In this document: positions 1 to 9,036 of the stretch, one piece after another
Position numbering within the stretch: position 1 is the stretch's first letter
Layout of the letters: every line of letters starts with the position of its first letter
NCBI GenBank assembly: GCA_002340255.1
Contig: DDLS01000154.1
Span: 23,444-55,443, forward strand
Length of the DNA stretch: 32,000 nucleotides
Source of the DNA: Cyanobacteria bacterium UBA2566
GTDB lineage: Bacteria; Cyanobacteriota; Cyanobacteriia; Cyanobacteriales; Desertifilaceae
Direction of reading: 5' to 3'
Program-made: the position numbers and the translations under genes
The notes under the pieces: model-generated
Databases searched by the model: none
Seen by the model: only the letters and a program-made list of their open reading frames with translations
What the model was told of the DNA's origin: nothing

Positions 1-3000
1 CTAATACCCCAATTGATCTAATTTATTTAGTAAAGAAAGCTCAACATCTTCATCAGAATCCTCCTCTAAATCTGGATCGCCTCGATTCCCTTTTTCACCC
101 CAAGGCGGAGCAAATTTCTCCGTCGTCGGGACTTCCTCTCGATCGCCCTCTGAGTCTAGAACGTGCCCTGCCAAGTAATTCACCAACTCAGATACCGTTG
201 GATAATCAAACATCAAAGAAGAAGGTAGGGAACAGCCCAAACTGGTTTGTAATTTATTCTTCAATTCCACAGAGGTGAGCGAATCCATTCCCAAATCAAA
301 AAAGCCTTCCTTCAAACTAATGGACTCAACCTTCTCAATCCCTAAAACTTGGGCAACTTGATGGCGAATATGGGCGATCAAGAGATCTTGTTGCTCACTA
401 GGCAATGCCATTTCCAACTGTTGTAGAATGCTAGCTTTTGAAGGCGCAGAAATTAAAGAGTCAGTCTTTTGCCAATCGGATAAAAAGGGCCAAGTTCTCA
501 CCTGCTCTTCCCAAGCTGCCCACTCCATGGAAACAACTCCCACCTCCGCTTGTGCAGAACCCATCCAATGTTCTAGCGCTTTTAGCACTTCATCTGGACT
601 CAGAGCCTCCATACCTTTCTGTTTGACGCGCACATCTGCACCTCGCTCTGCGGCTTCTCCCACTTGAGAAACCGCTCCCCAATGGATACTCAATCCAGGT
701 AATCCGATGCCTTGTCGATAATGGGCTAAAGCATCCAGAAAGGCATTGGCAGCCGAATGGTTACCTTGTCCGGGGGAACCAAATAAAGAACCGACTGAGG
801 AAAATAGGACAAAAAAGTCGAGGGATTGGTGTTGGGTGAGTTGATGTAAGATCCAAGCCCCTTGGACTTTAGGAGCCATAACAGCTTCAAAGCTAGACCA
901 GGTTTGGTTTTTGAGTACGCCATCCGAGAGCATTCCCGCCGCATGAATAATGCCAGCAAGGGGATAGGATGATGGGGTCATTGTATTGAACACTGCTTGG
1001 ATGGCCTCGAAGTTGGCAACATCAGCAATTTCGACACGGATAGAGCATCCTTTTTGCTCTAGTTGGGTTAATTTAGCTTGTGTTGCGGGATCGGCAGGAC
1101 GGCGAGTGACCAACACTAGGTGTTGAGCGCCTCTTTCAATCATCCAGTCGGCTACGAGCAAGCCTAATCCTCCTAAGCCTCCAGTAATTAGATAGGTGGC
1201 ATCCGATCGCAGTTTTACCCGCCCAGATGTGGACTCACTCGAGGTTTTCACTAACCGAGGGACATAGCGTACTTGTTCTCGCCACACCACTTGGTCTTCT
1301 GAGTCAGATGAGCCAAGTTCTTGCAGGAGGCTTGTCGCTTGCTCTTCTAGGGAAGTTTGAGGGTCTAGATCCAACACCCGACAGGAGAGTTCGGGATGTT
1401 CTAAGCGGATGGCTTTAGCCATACCCCAAAGGGAGGATTGGGCAATTCCAGGAGGTTGTCCCCCATGGTGCAATGCAGATTGAGAGCCTTGGGTGACGAT
1501 CTGTAATTGGGGTGAAAATCGTTCTTGCTCGATGATGGCTTGCACTAAGGACAAGGTCGTACCACAGCCCAGCTCAGATAAGCGGTTTAAATCTTCAAGG
1601 CTGAGGTAGGAGTCGGTGGGGGGTTCTAAGGTCCAACATTGGACAATGCCTGATAATTGTGGATATTCGATTGCCACTTCTGCCATCAGTTTCCTAAAGT
1701 CTTGGGGGTTATGGGGATCGATCTGCCAGTGTTTGGGGGCAATCCGTTGGTAGTTGTCTCCCCTGCCAACTAAGATACAGGTAGCGGCGAGGTCTTCTAA
1801 CTGAGCTGCTAGGGTTTGCGCCACTCCAGTGCGATCGGCAAATATCAACCAACTCTGGGATGTTGCGTTTGGTTTTCTCGGCTCAGAGTCAGCTTGAGCG
1901 AGGATAAGAGCTTGTTTAGATAAAACGTCATCAACCTTTGCTTCTTGGGGAAGGGAGGAAACCGGAGTAAAGCCCGTTTCTTGTAGCAGGTGTTGCCACT
2001 GATGTCTGTTCAATAGGGGATGATCTCGTCGGTATTCCGTATCGCTAAATTTCCACCATCCCTCTAATAATCCGAAGATCAGATCCACCCACTGTTGAGG
2101 TTCGGTTGCTTCGAGTAATAGGAGGAGTCCACCGGGGGCTAAGAGTTGGCGCACATGGGTGAGAGTGTGGCGAATATTCGAGGTGGCATGGAGAACGTTG
2201 GCAGCGATAATCAGGTCATAGTGATGATTGGGGAATCTTTGGGATGCTGGGTTTTGTTCAATGTCAAGGGTTTGATAGGTGATGAAGGGATAGTCGGAGA
2301 ATTTTTCTTTGGCTTTGGTGAGAAATAGGGGGCCTAAGTCTGTAAAGGTATATTGGATTTGACTGGGAGGGAGAGTGGGGAGAATGGCGCTGGTTGTGCC
2401 TCCAGTTCCCGCACCGATTTCTAGGATGCGTATGCCTTGACTGGGAGGGAGGGTTTCTAGGAGGCTGGCGATCGCCTGTTGCACTAAGCTATTCATCGCC
2501 TGAGATACGGGAGAGTCTTGGTACAGTTGGGTTGCACCGGTTAGATCTCCTTCTGGAAACACCAGTTGTACGGGGTCTTGAGTTCCTTGTAAAACGGAGC
2601 TGAGTTGGGAGGCACAGCGATGGAGTAAGCTGAATTCAGCGATGGCTTGAGGATAGCGATCGCGCAACGTTTGATAGGTTGAGCTAGGACTAACGGGTGG
2701 TAAGGATTTCAAAGTTTCCCATTCTTCTGCTGTTTGATGCAGAATTTGGGCTTCTTCTAAAGACACCAACAGGCGCTTAAGCAATCGATGATGAGCTGGG
2801 ATAATCCCCAACTGTGCCGCGAGCTGTTCTAAAGAGAACGATTCTCCTGATTCATAACACCAACCTAGGGTTTGCAAAGCCTGCACAATATACTCCCTAG
2901 CTAAGTGTTCTAACTGCAAGGGAATTTTGTCATAACCTTGTAACGCCGGGCGATTTGCCAGTTCAGAAAGCTGAGGAACTAACTGGGCTTGTAGGATTGG

Positions 3001-6000
3001 GGGAGACTGGAGATTCTCCCCGGAAAATCGAGAGCCAAAGCACGCCCTACAGCGCCATTGCACACCATAACATTCTTCTAAAATGGGGGGGCGATCGCTG
3101 GTTTCGTTTGCCTCTTGCGCCAGAAGTTCTAGCAGTTTGGGCATCAGTTTCAACTCAGTTTCGGAAAGAGACCCCTTTTTCTGCAATCGTTCGGTCAAGG
3201 CAGAAAGCTCCTGGGGGGAACCCAAAGATCCCCAAGAGGGCTGGTGGGGGGCGGATTTCGGCTGTTCTAACCAATAGCGCTGTCTCTGAAAGGGATAGGT
3301 GGGTAAGAACACTTTGTGGCGTTTCTGTTGGTGGTGAAACCCCGACCAGTCGATCTCGACTCCTTGGGTGTACAGTTGTCCTAAACTGGATAACATTTGT
3401 TGCCAGTCTCCTATCCCCGGACGCAGGGAGGGTAACCACATCCCTCGATCGTCAGACACACACGATCGCCCCATTCCTAAGAGGATGGGTTTGGGCCCAA
3501 GTTCTAGGAAGATGGGATAATCTTGCATTGCGGTCATGGCAGATGCAAACTTCACGGGTTGGCGCAGATGATCGACCCAGTAGTGGGCTGTGGCGATCGC
3601 CTCCCCGGCTTGTTCTCCAGTCACATTAGATACGAAAGGAATTTGGGGCGGATGGTACGCGATCTGTTGGGCAACTGCTCTAAACTCAGCCAAAATGGGT
3701 TCTATCAGAGGAGAATGGAAGGCATGGGAAATGGGCAAATTTTGGGTCTTGATGCCTTCAGATTCCAGTTGCTCCACAATGTCTTTTAGGATCGTTTTTT
3801 CCCCAGAAATAACCACACTTTCTGGACCATTAATGGCGGCAATGGCTGCTTGTTTTTGGTAAGGAAGTAGTCGGGGACGCAGGTCAGATTCAGAGGCTTT
3901 AACCGCCGCCATTAAGCCATTTTGCGGTAAGTTTTGAATCAATCGACCCCGGGCAGCCATTAACCTTAAGCCGTCTTCTAAACTGAAGACTCCAGCAACA
4001 CAAGCGGCGACGTATTCTCCCACACTGTGACCCATAACAACTCTGGGTTGAATTCCCCAGGATTGCCACAGTTTAAATAGAGCGTATTCTAGAGCAAAGA
4101 GGGCGGGTTGAGTATAGGCGGTTCGATCGAGGAGTGGGGAGGGTTCTGCCTCTGAGTCTGGGTAGAGGATTTCCAGGAGAGGGCGGTCTAATTCATAACC
4201 GAGAATGGTGTTGCACTGGGCGATCGCCTCCCGAAAAACGGGCGAACTCTCGTACAATTGCCGACCCATGTTGACATATTGGGAACCTTGACCCGTAAAT
4301 AAAAAGGCGATTTCAGGGGGTTCTGTGCTGGTTGATACCTCTGCACCATAGACCGCGATCGCTTCTGCTGGCTCTAAGAGATAGCTGTGCAATTGCTGCT
4401 GCAAGGCTGAATGACTTGATGTAATCAGCGCTAATCGATGATTAAAATGACTTCTACCTAAATGAGTAGTATAAGCCAAATTTGCCAGATCGAGTTCTGG
4501 ATAAGTGGACAGATAATCTTGATAAGAATGGACTAATTCACCCAGTGCCTTTGGCGTTTTGGTTGAAAGAGTTAAGAGCTGAACCGGCGGTTCTGAACTG
4601 TCTTCAGCTTCCGATTTTTCCGGTTGTTTAACGGGCGTTTCTTCTACGAGAATATGGGCATTTGTGCCACTGGCTCCAAAGGAACTAATCCCTGCAATTC
4701 TCGGTTCACTTTCAGTTTCCCAATCTAGAAGAGATTGGGGAATTTTCAACGGTAAACGATCCCAATCTATATGAGGATTAGGTTGTTGGATATGGAGATG
4801 AGGTGGAATTTGGCGGTGCTGAAGAGATAAAATAACTTTAATTAATGCAGCAACTCCGGCGGCAGCTTCTAAATGGCCAAAATTGGTTTTCACTGAACCC
4901 ATCATCAAGGGGTTTTCTTGAGAGCGATTTTTACCATAAATCGCCGATAACGCTTCAATTTCAATCGGGTCGCCCAAGGAAGTTCCCGTACCATGGGTTT
5001 CCACATAACTGACTTGATGGGGGCTTAATTTGGCGCTCTTGAGAGCTTCTTGAATGACTTTCTTTTGCGCCATACGACTGGGAACTGTCATCCCGCTACT
5101 CGGACCATCATGATTAATGGCCGAGCCTCGAATTAACCCCCAGATAAAGTCTCCATCAGCGAGGGCATCTGAGAGTCGTTTTAAGACGACCACTCCACAG
5201 CCTTCGCCCTGTCCATAGCCATCGGCAGACGCATCAAAGGTTTTGCAGCGTCCGTCGCGAGAGAGCATATTCAGTTGGCAGCGACCAATGGTACTGGTGG
5301 GGGATAAAATGAGGTTGACCCCACCGGCTAAGGCTAAATTCGATTCTCGCGATCGCAAACTTTGGCAGGCTAGATGAATAGCAACTAAAGAGGTAGAACA
5401 GGCCGTATCCAGTTGGATATTGGGCCCTTGCAGCCCTAAAAAATGGGAAATTCGCCCCACTCCAATACTGCGTCCCATGCCCAAACCCGATGATTCATCG
5501 GTTCCTCCTTGCTCTTGGTATTGAATTCTCAAGCTGGCATAATCATCGGTGCAGATCCCCATATACACACCCGTTTGGCTATGTCGCAGGTGTTCTAGGG
5601 TTACTCCAGCATTTTCTAGGCTCTCCCAGGTCACTTCTAAAAGGATGCGTTGCTGAGGGTCTAAGCCGACCGCATCTCTGGGGGAAATACGGAAAAAGTG
5701 GGGGTCAAATCGATCGACATTTTCAATAAACCCGCCTTCTTTCGTGTAGGTTTTCCCCGGTTTTCCGCCCTCTGGATCGTAGTAGTCTTCCAAGTTCCAG
5801 CGATCGCCGGGTACTTCGGAAATGGCATCAATTCCTTGTTCCAAAAGATGCCAATAGGTGGCACTATCCTTGGCTCCTCCCGGAAACCGACAACCGAGAC
5901 CAATAATAGCAATGGGTTCCGTTTGTGCCTGAGTTAACGCTTCAAGTTTGCCCCGCATTTGCTTGAGCGCTTGCAGCATCTTCCGAGAAGAATCAGGAGT

Positions 6001-6030
6001 CGGTTGAGAGGAAGGTGAGGTCTGATTCAT
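1..6030 (-). CDS. Type I modular PKS, module 5: KS-AT-cMT-KR(Tyr->His)-ACP with N- and C-terminal docking regions (2009 aa, complete in the window).
   Basis: ATG at 6028-6030 lies 2 nt after the upstream TAA, with AAGGAG 7-8 nt upstream inside the previous gene. Stop TAG at 1-3. Landmarks: KS Cys 5398-5400, AT Ser 4024-4026 (GHSVGEY, HAFHS), cMT RILEIGAGTGGTT at 2392-2430, KR YLITGGLGGLG at about 1161-1197, ACP Ser 280-282. Confidence 0.95.
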   Translation of the reverse strand: MNQTSPSSQPTPDSSRKMLQALKQMRGKLEALTQAQTEPIAIIGLGCRFPGGAKDSATYWHLLEQGIDAISEVPGDRWNLEDYYDPEGGKPGKTYTKEGGFIENVDRFDPHFFRISPRDAVGLDPQQRILLEVTWESLENAGVTLEHLRHSQTGVYMGICTDDYASLRIQYQEQGGTDESSGLGMGRSIGVGRISHFLGLQGPNIQLDTACSTSLVAIHLACQSLRSRESNLALAGGVNLILSPTSTIGRCQLNMLSRDGRCKTFDASADGYGQGEGCGVVVLKRLSDALADGDFIWGLIRGSAINHDGPSSGMTVPSRMAQKKVIQEALKSAKLSPHQVSYVETHGTGTSLGDPIEIEALSAIYGKNRSQENPLMMGSVKTNFGHLEAAAGVAALIKVILSLQHRQIPPHLHIQQPNPHIDWDRLPLKIPQSLLDWETESEPRIAGISSFGASGTNAHILVEETPVKQPEKSEAEDSSEPPVQLLTLSTKTPKALGELVHSYQDYLSTYPELDLANLAYTTHLGRSHFNHRLALITSSHSALQQQLHSYLLEPAEAIAVYGAEVSTSTEPPEIAFLFTGQGSQYVNMGRQLYESSPVFREAIAQCNTILGYELDRPLLEILYPDSEAEPSPLLDRTAYTQPALFALEYALFKLWQSWGIQPRVVMGHSVGEYVAACVAGVFSLEDGLRLMAARGRLIQNLPQNGLMAAVKASESDLRPRLLPYQKQAAIAAINGPESVVISGEKTILKDIVEQLESEGIKTQNLPISHAFHSPLIEPILAEFRAVAQQIAYHPPQIPFVSNVTGEQAGEAIATAHYWVDHLRQPVKFASAMTAMQDYPIFLELGPKPILLGMGRSCVSDDRGMWLPSLRPGIGDWQQMLSSLGQLYTQGVEIDWSGFHHQQKRHKVFLPTYPFQRQRYWLEQPKSAPHQPSWGSLGSPQELSALTERLQKKGSLSETELKLMPKLLELLAQEANETSDRPPILEECYGVQWRCRACFGSRFSGENLQSPPILQAQLVPQLSELANRPALQGYDKIPLQLEHLAREYIVQALQTLGWCYESGESFSLEQLAAQLGIIPAHHRLLKRLLVSLEEAQILHQTAEEWETLKSLPPVSPSSTYQTLRDRYPQAIAEFSLLHRCASQLSSVLQGTQDPVQLVFPEGDLTGATQLYQDSPVSQAMNSLVQQAIASLLETLPPSQGIRILEIGAGTGGTTSAILPTLPPSQIQYTFTDLGPLFLTKAKEKFSDYPFITYQTLDIEQNPASQRFPNHHYDLIIAANVLHATSNIRHTLTHVRQLLAPGGLLLLLEATEPQQWVDLIFGLLEGWWKFSDTEYRRDHPLLNRHQWQHLLQETGFTPVSSLPQEAKVDDVLSKQALILAQADSEPRKPNATSQSWLIFADRTGVAQTLAAQLEDLAATCILVGRGDNYQRIAPKHWQIDPHNPQDFRKLMAEVAIEYPQLSGIVQCWTLEPPTDSYLSLEDLNRLSELGCGTTLSLVQAIIEQERFSPQLQIVTQGSQSALHHGGQPPGIAQSSLWGMAKAIRLEHPELSCRVLDLDPQTSLEEQATSLLQELGSSDSEDQVVWREQVRYVPRLVKTSSESTSGRVKLRSDATYLITGGLGGLGLLVADWMIERGAQHLVLVTRRPADPATQAKLTQLEQKGCSIRVEIADVANFEAIQAVFNTMTPSSYPLAGIIHAAGMLSDGVLKNQTWSSFEAVMAPKVQGAWILHQLTQHQSLDFFVLFSSVGSLFGSPGQGNHSAANAFLDALAHYRQGIGLPGLSIHWGAVSQVGEAAERGADVRVKQKGMEALSPDEVLKALEHWMGSAQAEVGVVSMEWAAWEEQVRTWPFLSDWQKTDSLISAPSKASILQQLEMALPSEQQDLLIAHIRHQVAQVLGIEKVESISLKEGFFDLGMDSLTSVELKNKLQTSLGCSLPSSLMFDYPTVSELVNYLAGHVLDSEGDREEVPTTEKFAPPWGEKGNRGDPDLEEDSDEDVELSLLNKLDQLGY
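166..408 (-). other. ACP5 carrier domain.
   Basis: FFDLGMDSLTSVELKNKL; Ser codon at 280-282. Confidence 0.85.
481..1857 (-). other. KR5 ketoreductase domain with the catalytic Tyr replaced by His (approximate bounds).
   Basis: YLITGGLGGLG, HAAGMLSD, APKVQGAWILH and FSSVGS are present. The motif reads GQGNHSAANAFLD, with the His codon at 757-759. Confidence 0.8.
1936..2943 (-). other. cMT5 C-methyltransferase domain (approximate bounds).
   Basis: RILEIGAGTGGTT (2392-2430), AANVLHAT, LLLLLE, LLEGWWKF. Confidence 0.8.
3451..4311 (-). other. AT5 acyltransferase domain (malonyl-type).
   Basis: FLFTGQGSQ, GHSVGEY (Ser 4024-4026), AARGRLIQ, ISHAFHS. Confidence 0.85.
4636..5919 (-). other. KS5 ketosynthase domain.
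   Basis: LDTACSTS (Cys 5398-5400), ETHGTGTSLGDP, KTNFGHLEAAAG. Confidence 0.85.
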
Positions 6031-6032
6031 GG

Positions 6033-8984
6033 TTACTCTCCTTCGGCTAACAAGGTTTCAATCCCTTCGAGTTCTTGGGAAATTTCATCTTCTAACTGCT
6101 CATCCGATAAGTCACTGAGTTCTGCACTCCATGGAGTCGAGGAGGTTGGATTTTGCTCCCCAGAAGCGGGTTCAGTAAAGAACTCTGTGAGGATAAATTC
6201 GGCTAAATCCCGGATATTCGAGCAATCAAATAAAGTGGCGGCACTCAGGGCACAGGATAAGCCAGCACTGAGTTCATTTCTTAGCTCAACGGCGGTGAGG
6301 GAATCGATACCCATCTCAAAGAATCCTAGCTGTAAATCGGGAAGTTGGTTGGCTGGATATTTGAGCAGTTTACCGATTTCTTGTTGGATATATTGAGTTA
6401 AGCGTTTTTTACGCTCTGGCAAAGACGCTCTTTGCAGTTGGGTGAGAATTTCAGATTGGGGTGCTGTGGAGGGCGTTTCGTCTTCTTCGGGCGATCGCAA
6501 TCCCATGTGTTCCAAGAATAGGCGATCCTTACCCACGGTGTAAATCTCTTTGAACCGACTCCAATCGACCTCAGCTACAGTGGTTTGCACCTGAGAGCTA
6601 TTCCAAAGTTGCTCTAAGGCTCCCATCCCTTGGGCTGGAGAAATGGAGTACACGCCTCGCTTACTCAGCTCTTCTAAATCTTCTGCATTGGCCATACCGC
6701 CTCCAGACCAAGCCCCCCAATTAATACTCATCCCCGGTAAGCCCAGAGAGCTACGATAATGGACTAAGCTATCAAGAAAGGCATTGGCTCCGCCGTAGTG
6801 AGATTGACCAAAAGAACCCCAAACGGCAGCAATGGACGAAAAGCAGACAAAACACTCTAGGTCTAGAGTTTGAGTCAGTTGATGGAGATTCCATCCTCCC
6901 GTCACTTTGGCCGCGAGAACGGACTCCAAGTCTGCATGGGTAATGTTTTCTACCGGTTCAATCCCTCCAGAAACCCCAGCTAGATGAATCACGCCTTTGA
7001 GGGGGGGCATGGAGTCGGGGATTTTCTCTATTACAGATTCTAAGGCTTGGCGATCGCACACATCGACTTGTAGCGCCCTCACCTTAGCGCCTTGTTCCTG
7101 CAAACGAGCAATCTGATTCTGTTTCTCTGGAGACGGTTGACTTCGACTGATTAAAATCAGAGATTTTGCTCCTTTCTCAATCATCCATTCAGCCGTTCGC
7201 AAACCCAGCGCTCCCAGTCCCCCAGTAATCAAATAAGTACCGTCTTCTGTAAAGGATACCGCTTCCGACTCAGCCACTAGGGTTTTCGCTAAACGGGCAA
7301 CATAGGCTTGTCCAGAACGAAACGCAATTCGGTCTTCAGCCGTGGGATTGAGCAGTTCGGCGAGCAATACTTCCACCCCATCCATTTCTGGGTCTAAGTC
7401 CACTAAAGCTCCCCATAAGTGAGGATGTTCTAAAGACACTACCTGTCCAAATCCCCATAAACTCGATTGAGCAACGGCTAAGTTTTTGGGATTTTTCCCT
7501 ACGGGTTGACTCCCTTGAGTCACGAGCCAAAGTTTCGGCCAGTTCCTCTTTAAGCCCGATTTGAGCAAACCTTGCAGGAGATGTAGGGCACTGCCACAGC
7601 CCAAATTTTGGGCAGTTCTTAACCCCTCTTCACTTAAGTTTTCTGGAGTAGAACTCCCCAAACTCCAGAGATGAATCACTCCTCGCCAATCTTCAGGATG
7701 AGTTGCCACTAATTTCTGGCACAGGTCTGTAAACTCTTGGGGGTTTAAGGGGTTAACTTCCCAATCTTCTGGTTCCTTGTGTTGAGTCTGACCTTCTGGA
7801 TAAACTAATGTACACTGCTGACCCTGTTTTTCTAGCAAACCTTTTAAGCGTTTCCCGAACCCGTTTCGATCCGCTAAAATCAGCCAATGTCCAGGCTTTT
7901 GTTCTGTAGAAACTTTGGGATTTTCTTCCCGCAGTTGCCATTCAATGCCATAGAAAAGCTGTTGTAGGGAGACCTCTGGATAAGTGAGAGAAACGTCAAG
8001 CTGTTTCTGGTTTAATTCATACAGTTCTTGAACGGATAGATTCTCCTGTTTTTGTGCAGTGACCAGGACATAGCTCAATAATCCCTTACGCAATAACTTG
8101 TATAAGTTCATGTAGGACTCAATCCCAGTTTTGGCATTTTCGTTTAGGTTCTTGAGCTGGCAAATATAATCAATATTGTCTTGTACATTGGGGTCATAGA
8201 GTCCATTGCCGACTTCATGGCTAATATCCACATAACTGACGACTTGCAGATGATGGTTAGAGAGTAGTTCAATCCATTCAGCTTTGGTAATTAGATAGGA
8301 AGAGTGGGCTTCGTAGTCAATGGAGAAGGACGCATTGGAGAAAAAGTCAGCAAAGACGAGATGTCCATTCTCATTCAGGTGGCGATCGATGTTATCAAAG
8401 AGTCCTTTTTTATCGGGAATATGACAAATGACTTCAAATCCATAGACTAAATCGTAGGAACCTGGGAAATCATCTTTAGAACTATCTCGACGTAAAATTT
8501 GCGCGCGGTCTTGTAACTTGAATTTCTCGATTTTACCGCTTCCAATTTCTACTTGCTTGCTGGATAAGGTATATCCCGTGACGGATAAATGGGGATACTT
8601 GCGAGTGAGTTCAACGACATCTGTTCCATGACCACAGCCCACATCCAAGGCTCTTTGACAGGCTGAGAAGTCGATGACTCTCCAGGACATTCTCCTCATT
8701 TCCTGTCGAGCGGCTCTTGCTATTTCGTAAGATTGGGTAGATTTTTCACCAATAAACACCCAGGAAAAGCCATTAATGATTTGGGGAAGTGCTGGGTAGT
8801 TAATAATCGCGTCTTCATCTTCAATTGCCGATAATTCATCATAGTAATCACCCAGAAGCGTTTTCGACTCATTAGGGCCATTTTGACCATTGTTCAACAA
8901 CAGGATTTCTAAAGCTCGCAGTTGTTCTGGAGAGAGTCGAGACAGTCGCTGAAATATTTGAGCCAAATCTTCAAACTGATTCAT
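6033..8984 (-). CDS. PKS processing and carrier protein MT-KR-ACP (second half of split module 4), 983 aa, with N- and C-terminal docking regions.
   Basis: ATG at 8982-8984. The N-terminal class I SAM-MT fold has LDVGCGHGTD (about 8625-8651), YDLVYGFEVICHI and NGHLVFADF. The KR has YLITGGLGALG, AAKVTGGW, FSSIAAVWGSFGQSHYGGANAF and a complete K/S/Y set. The ACP has MGIDSLTAVEL. Acidic C-terminal helix LSDEQLEDEISQELEGIETLL. Confidence 0.92.
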   Translation of the reverse strand: MNQFEDLAQIFQRLSRLSPEQLRALEILLLNNGQNGPNESKTLLGDYYDELSAIEDEDAIINYPALPQIINGFSWVFIGEKSTQSYEIARAARQEMRRMSWRVIDFSACQRALDVGCGHGTDVVELTRKYPHLSVTGYTLSSKQVEIGSGKIEKFKLQDRAQILRRDSSKDDFPGSYDLVYGFEVICHIPDKKGLFDNIDRHLNENGHLVFADFFSNASFSIDYEAHSSYLITKAEWIELLSNHHLQVVSYVDISHEVGNGLYDPNVQDNIDYICQLKNLNENAKTGIESYMNLYKLLRKGLLSYVLVTAQKQENLSVQELYELNQKQLDVSLTYPEVSLQQLFYGIEWQLREENPKVSTEQKPGHWLILADRNGFGKRLKGLLEKQGQQCTLVYPEGQTQHKEPEDWEVNPLNPQEFTDLCQKLVATHPEDWRGVIHLWSLGSSTPENLSEEGLRTAQNLGCGSALHLLQGLLKSGLKRNWPKLWLVTQGSQPVGKNPKNLAVAQSSLWGFGQVVSLEHPHLWGALVDLDPEMDGVEVLLAELLNPTAEDRIAFRSGQAYVARLAKTLVAESEAVSFTEDGTYLITGGLGALGLRTAEWMIEKGAKSLILISRSQPSPEKQNQIARLQEQGAKVRALQVDVCDRQALESVIEKIPDSMPPLKGVIHLAGVSGGIEPVENITHADLESVLAAKVTGGWNLHQLTQTLDLECFVCFSSIAAVWGSFGQSHYGGANAFLDSLVHYRSSLGLPGMSINWGAWSGGGMANAEDLEELSKRGVYSISPAQGMGALEQLWNSSQVQTTVAEVDWSRFKEIYTVGKDRLFLEHMGLRSPEEDETPSTAPQSEILTQLQRASLPERKKRLTQYIQQEIGKLLKYPANQLPDLQLGFFEMGIDSLTAVELRNELSAGLSCALSAATLFDCSNIRDLAEFILTEFFTEPASGEQNPTSSTPWSAELSDLSDEQLEDEISQELEGIETLLAEGE
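6195..6422 (-). other. ACP4 carrier domain.
   Basis: FFEMGIDSLTAVELRNEL. Confidence 0.85.
6540..7892 (-). other. KR4 ketoreductase domain, intact and A-type-like.
   Basis: YLITGGLGALG, AAKVTGGWNLH, FSSIAAVWGSFGQSHYGGANAF. Confidence 0.8.
8040..8807 (-). other. Class I SAM-dependent methyltransferase domain of a different family from cMT1, cMT3 and cMT5. It is probably an O-MT.
   Basis: LDVGCGHGTDVVEL (glycine-rich SAM loop), D/E-containing motif II (SVTGYTLS), YDLVYGFEVICHIPD, NGHLVFADF. It shows no similarity to the LEIGAGTGGTT / NVLHAT / LLEGWW family. The O-MT call is by positional analogy to O-MT-KR-ACP modules and is not proven. Confidence 0.6.
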
Positions 8985-9036
8985 AATGCATTACCCTATT
9001 TTTTGATGACTTTTATAGATTTTTACTATTTTACTT

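Noticed and set aside
2955-3629. A 224-aa plus-strand ORF antisense to the module 5 PKS gene. Other antisense ORFs of 60-104 aa lie throughout 428-25058.
   Set aside because: These ORFs lie entirely inside minus-strand ORFs that carry unambiguous PKS domain motifs. Their translations are R/S/G/W/P-rich and low in complexity, with no recognisable motifs. This is the typical product of long open antisense frames in large genes.
8985-9036. The split of module 4 as a frameshift or pseudogene artefact.
   Set aside because: The upstream ORF runs about 90 aa past the AT linker with a coherent helical sequence and a clean TAA. The downstream ORF has its own ATG, an AGGG about 10 nt upstream and about 55 unique N-terminal residues. 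The 52-nt gap is AT-rich non-coding sequence rather than a disrupted linker. Read-level verification is still advisable.
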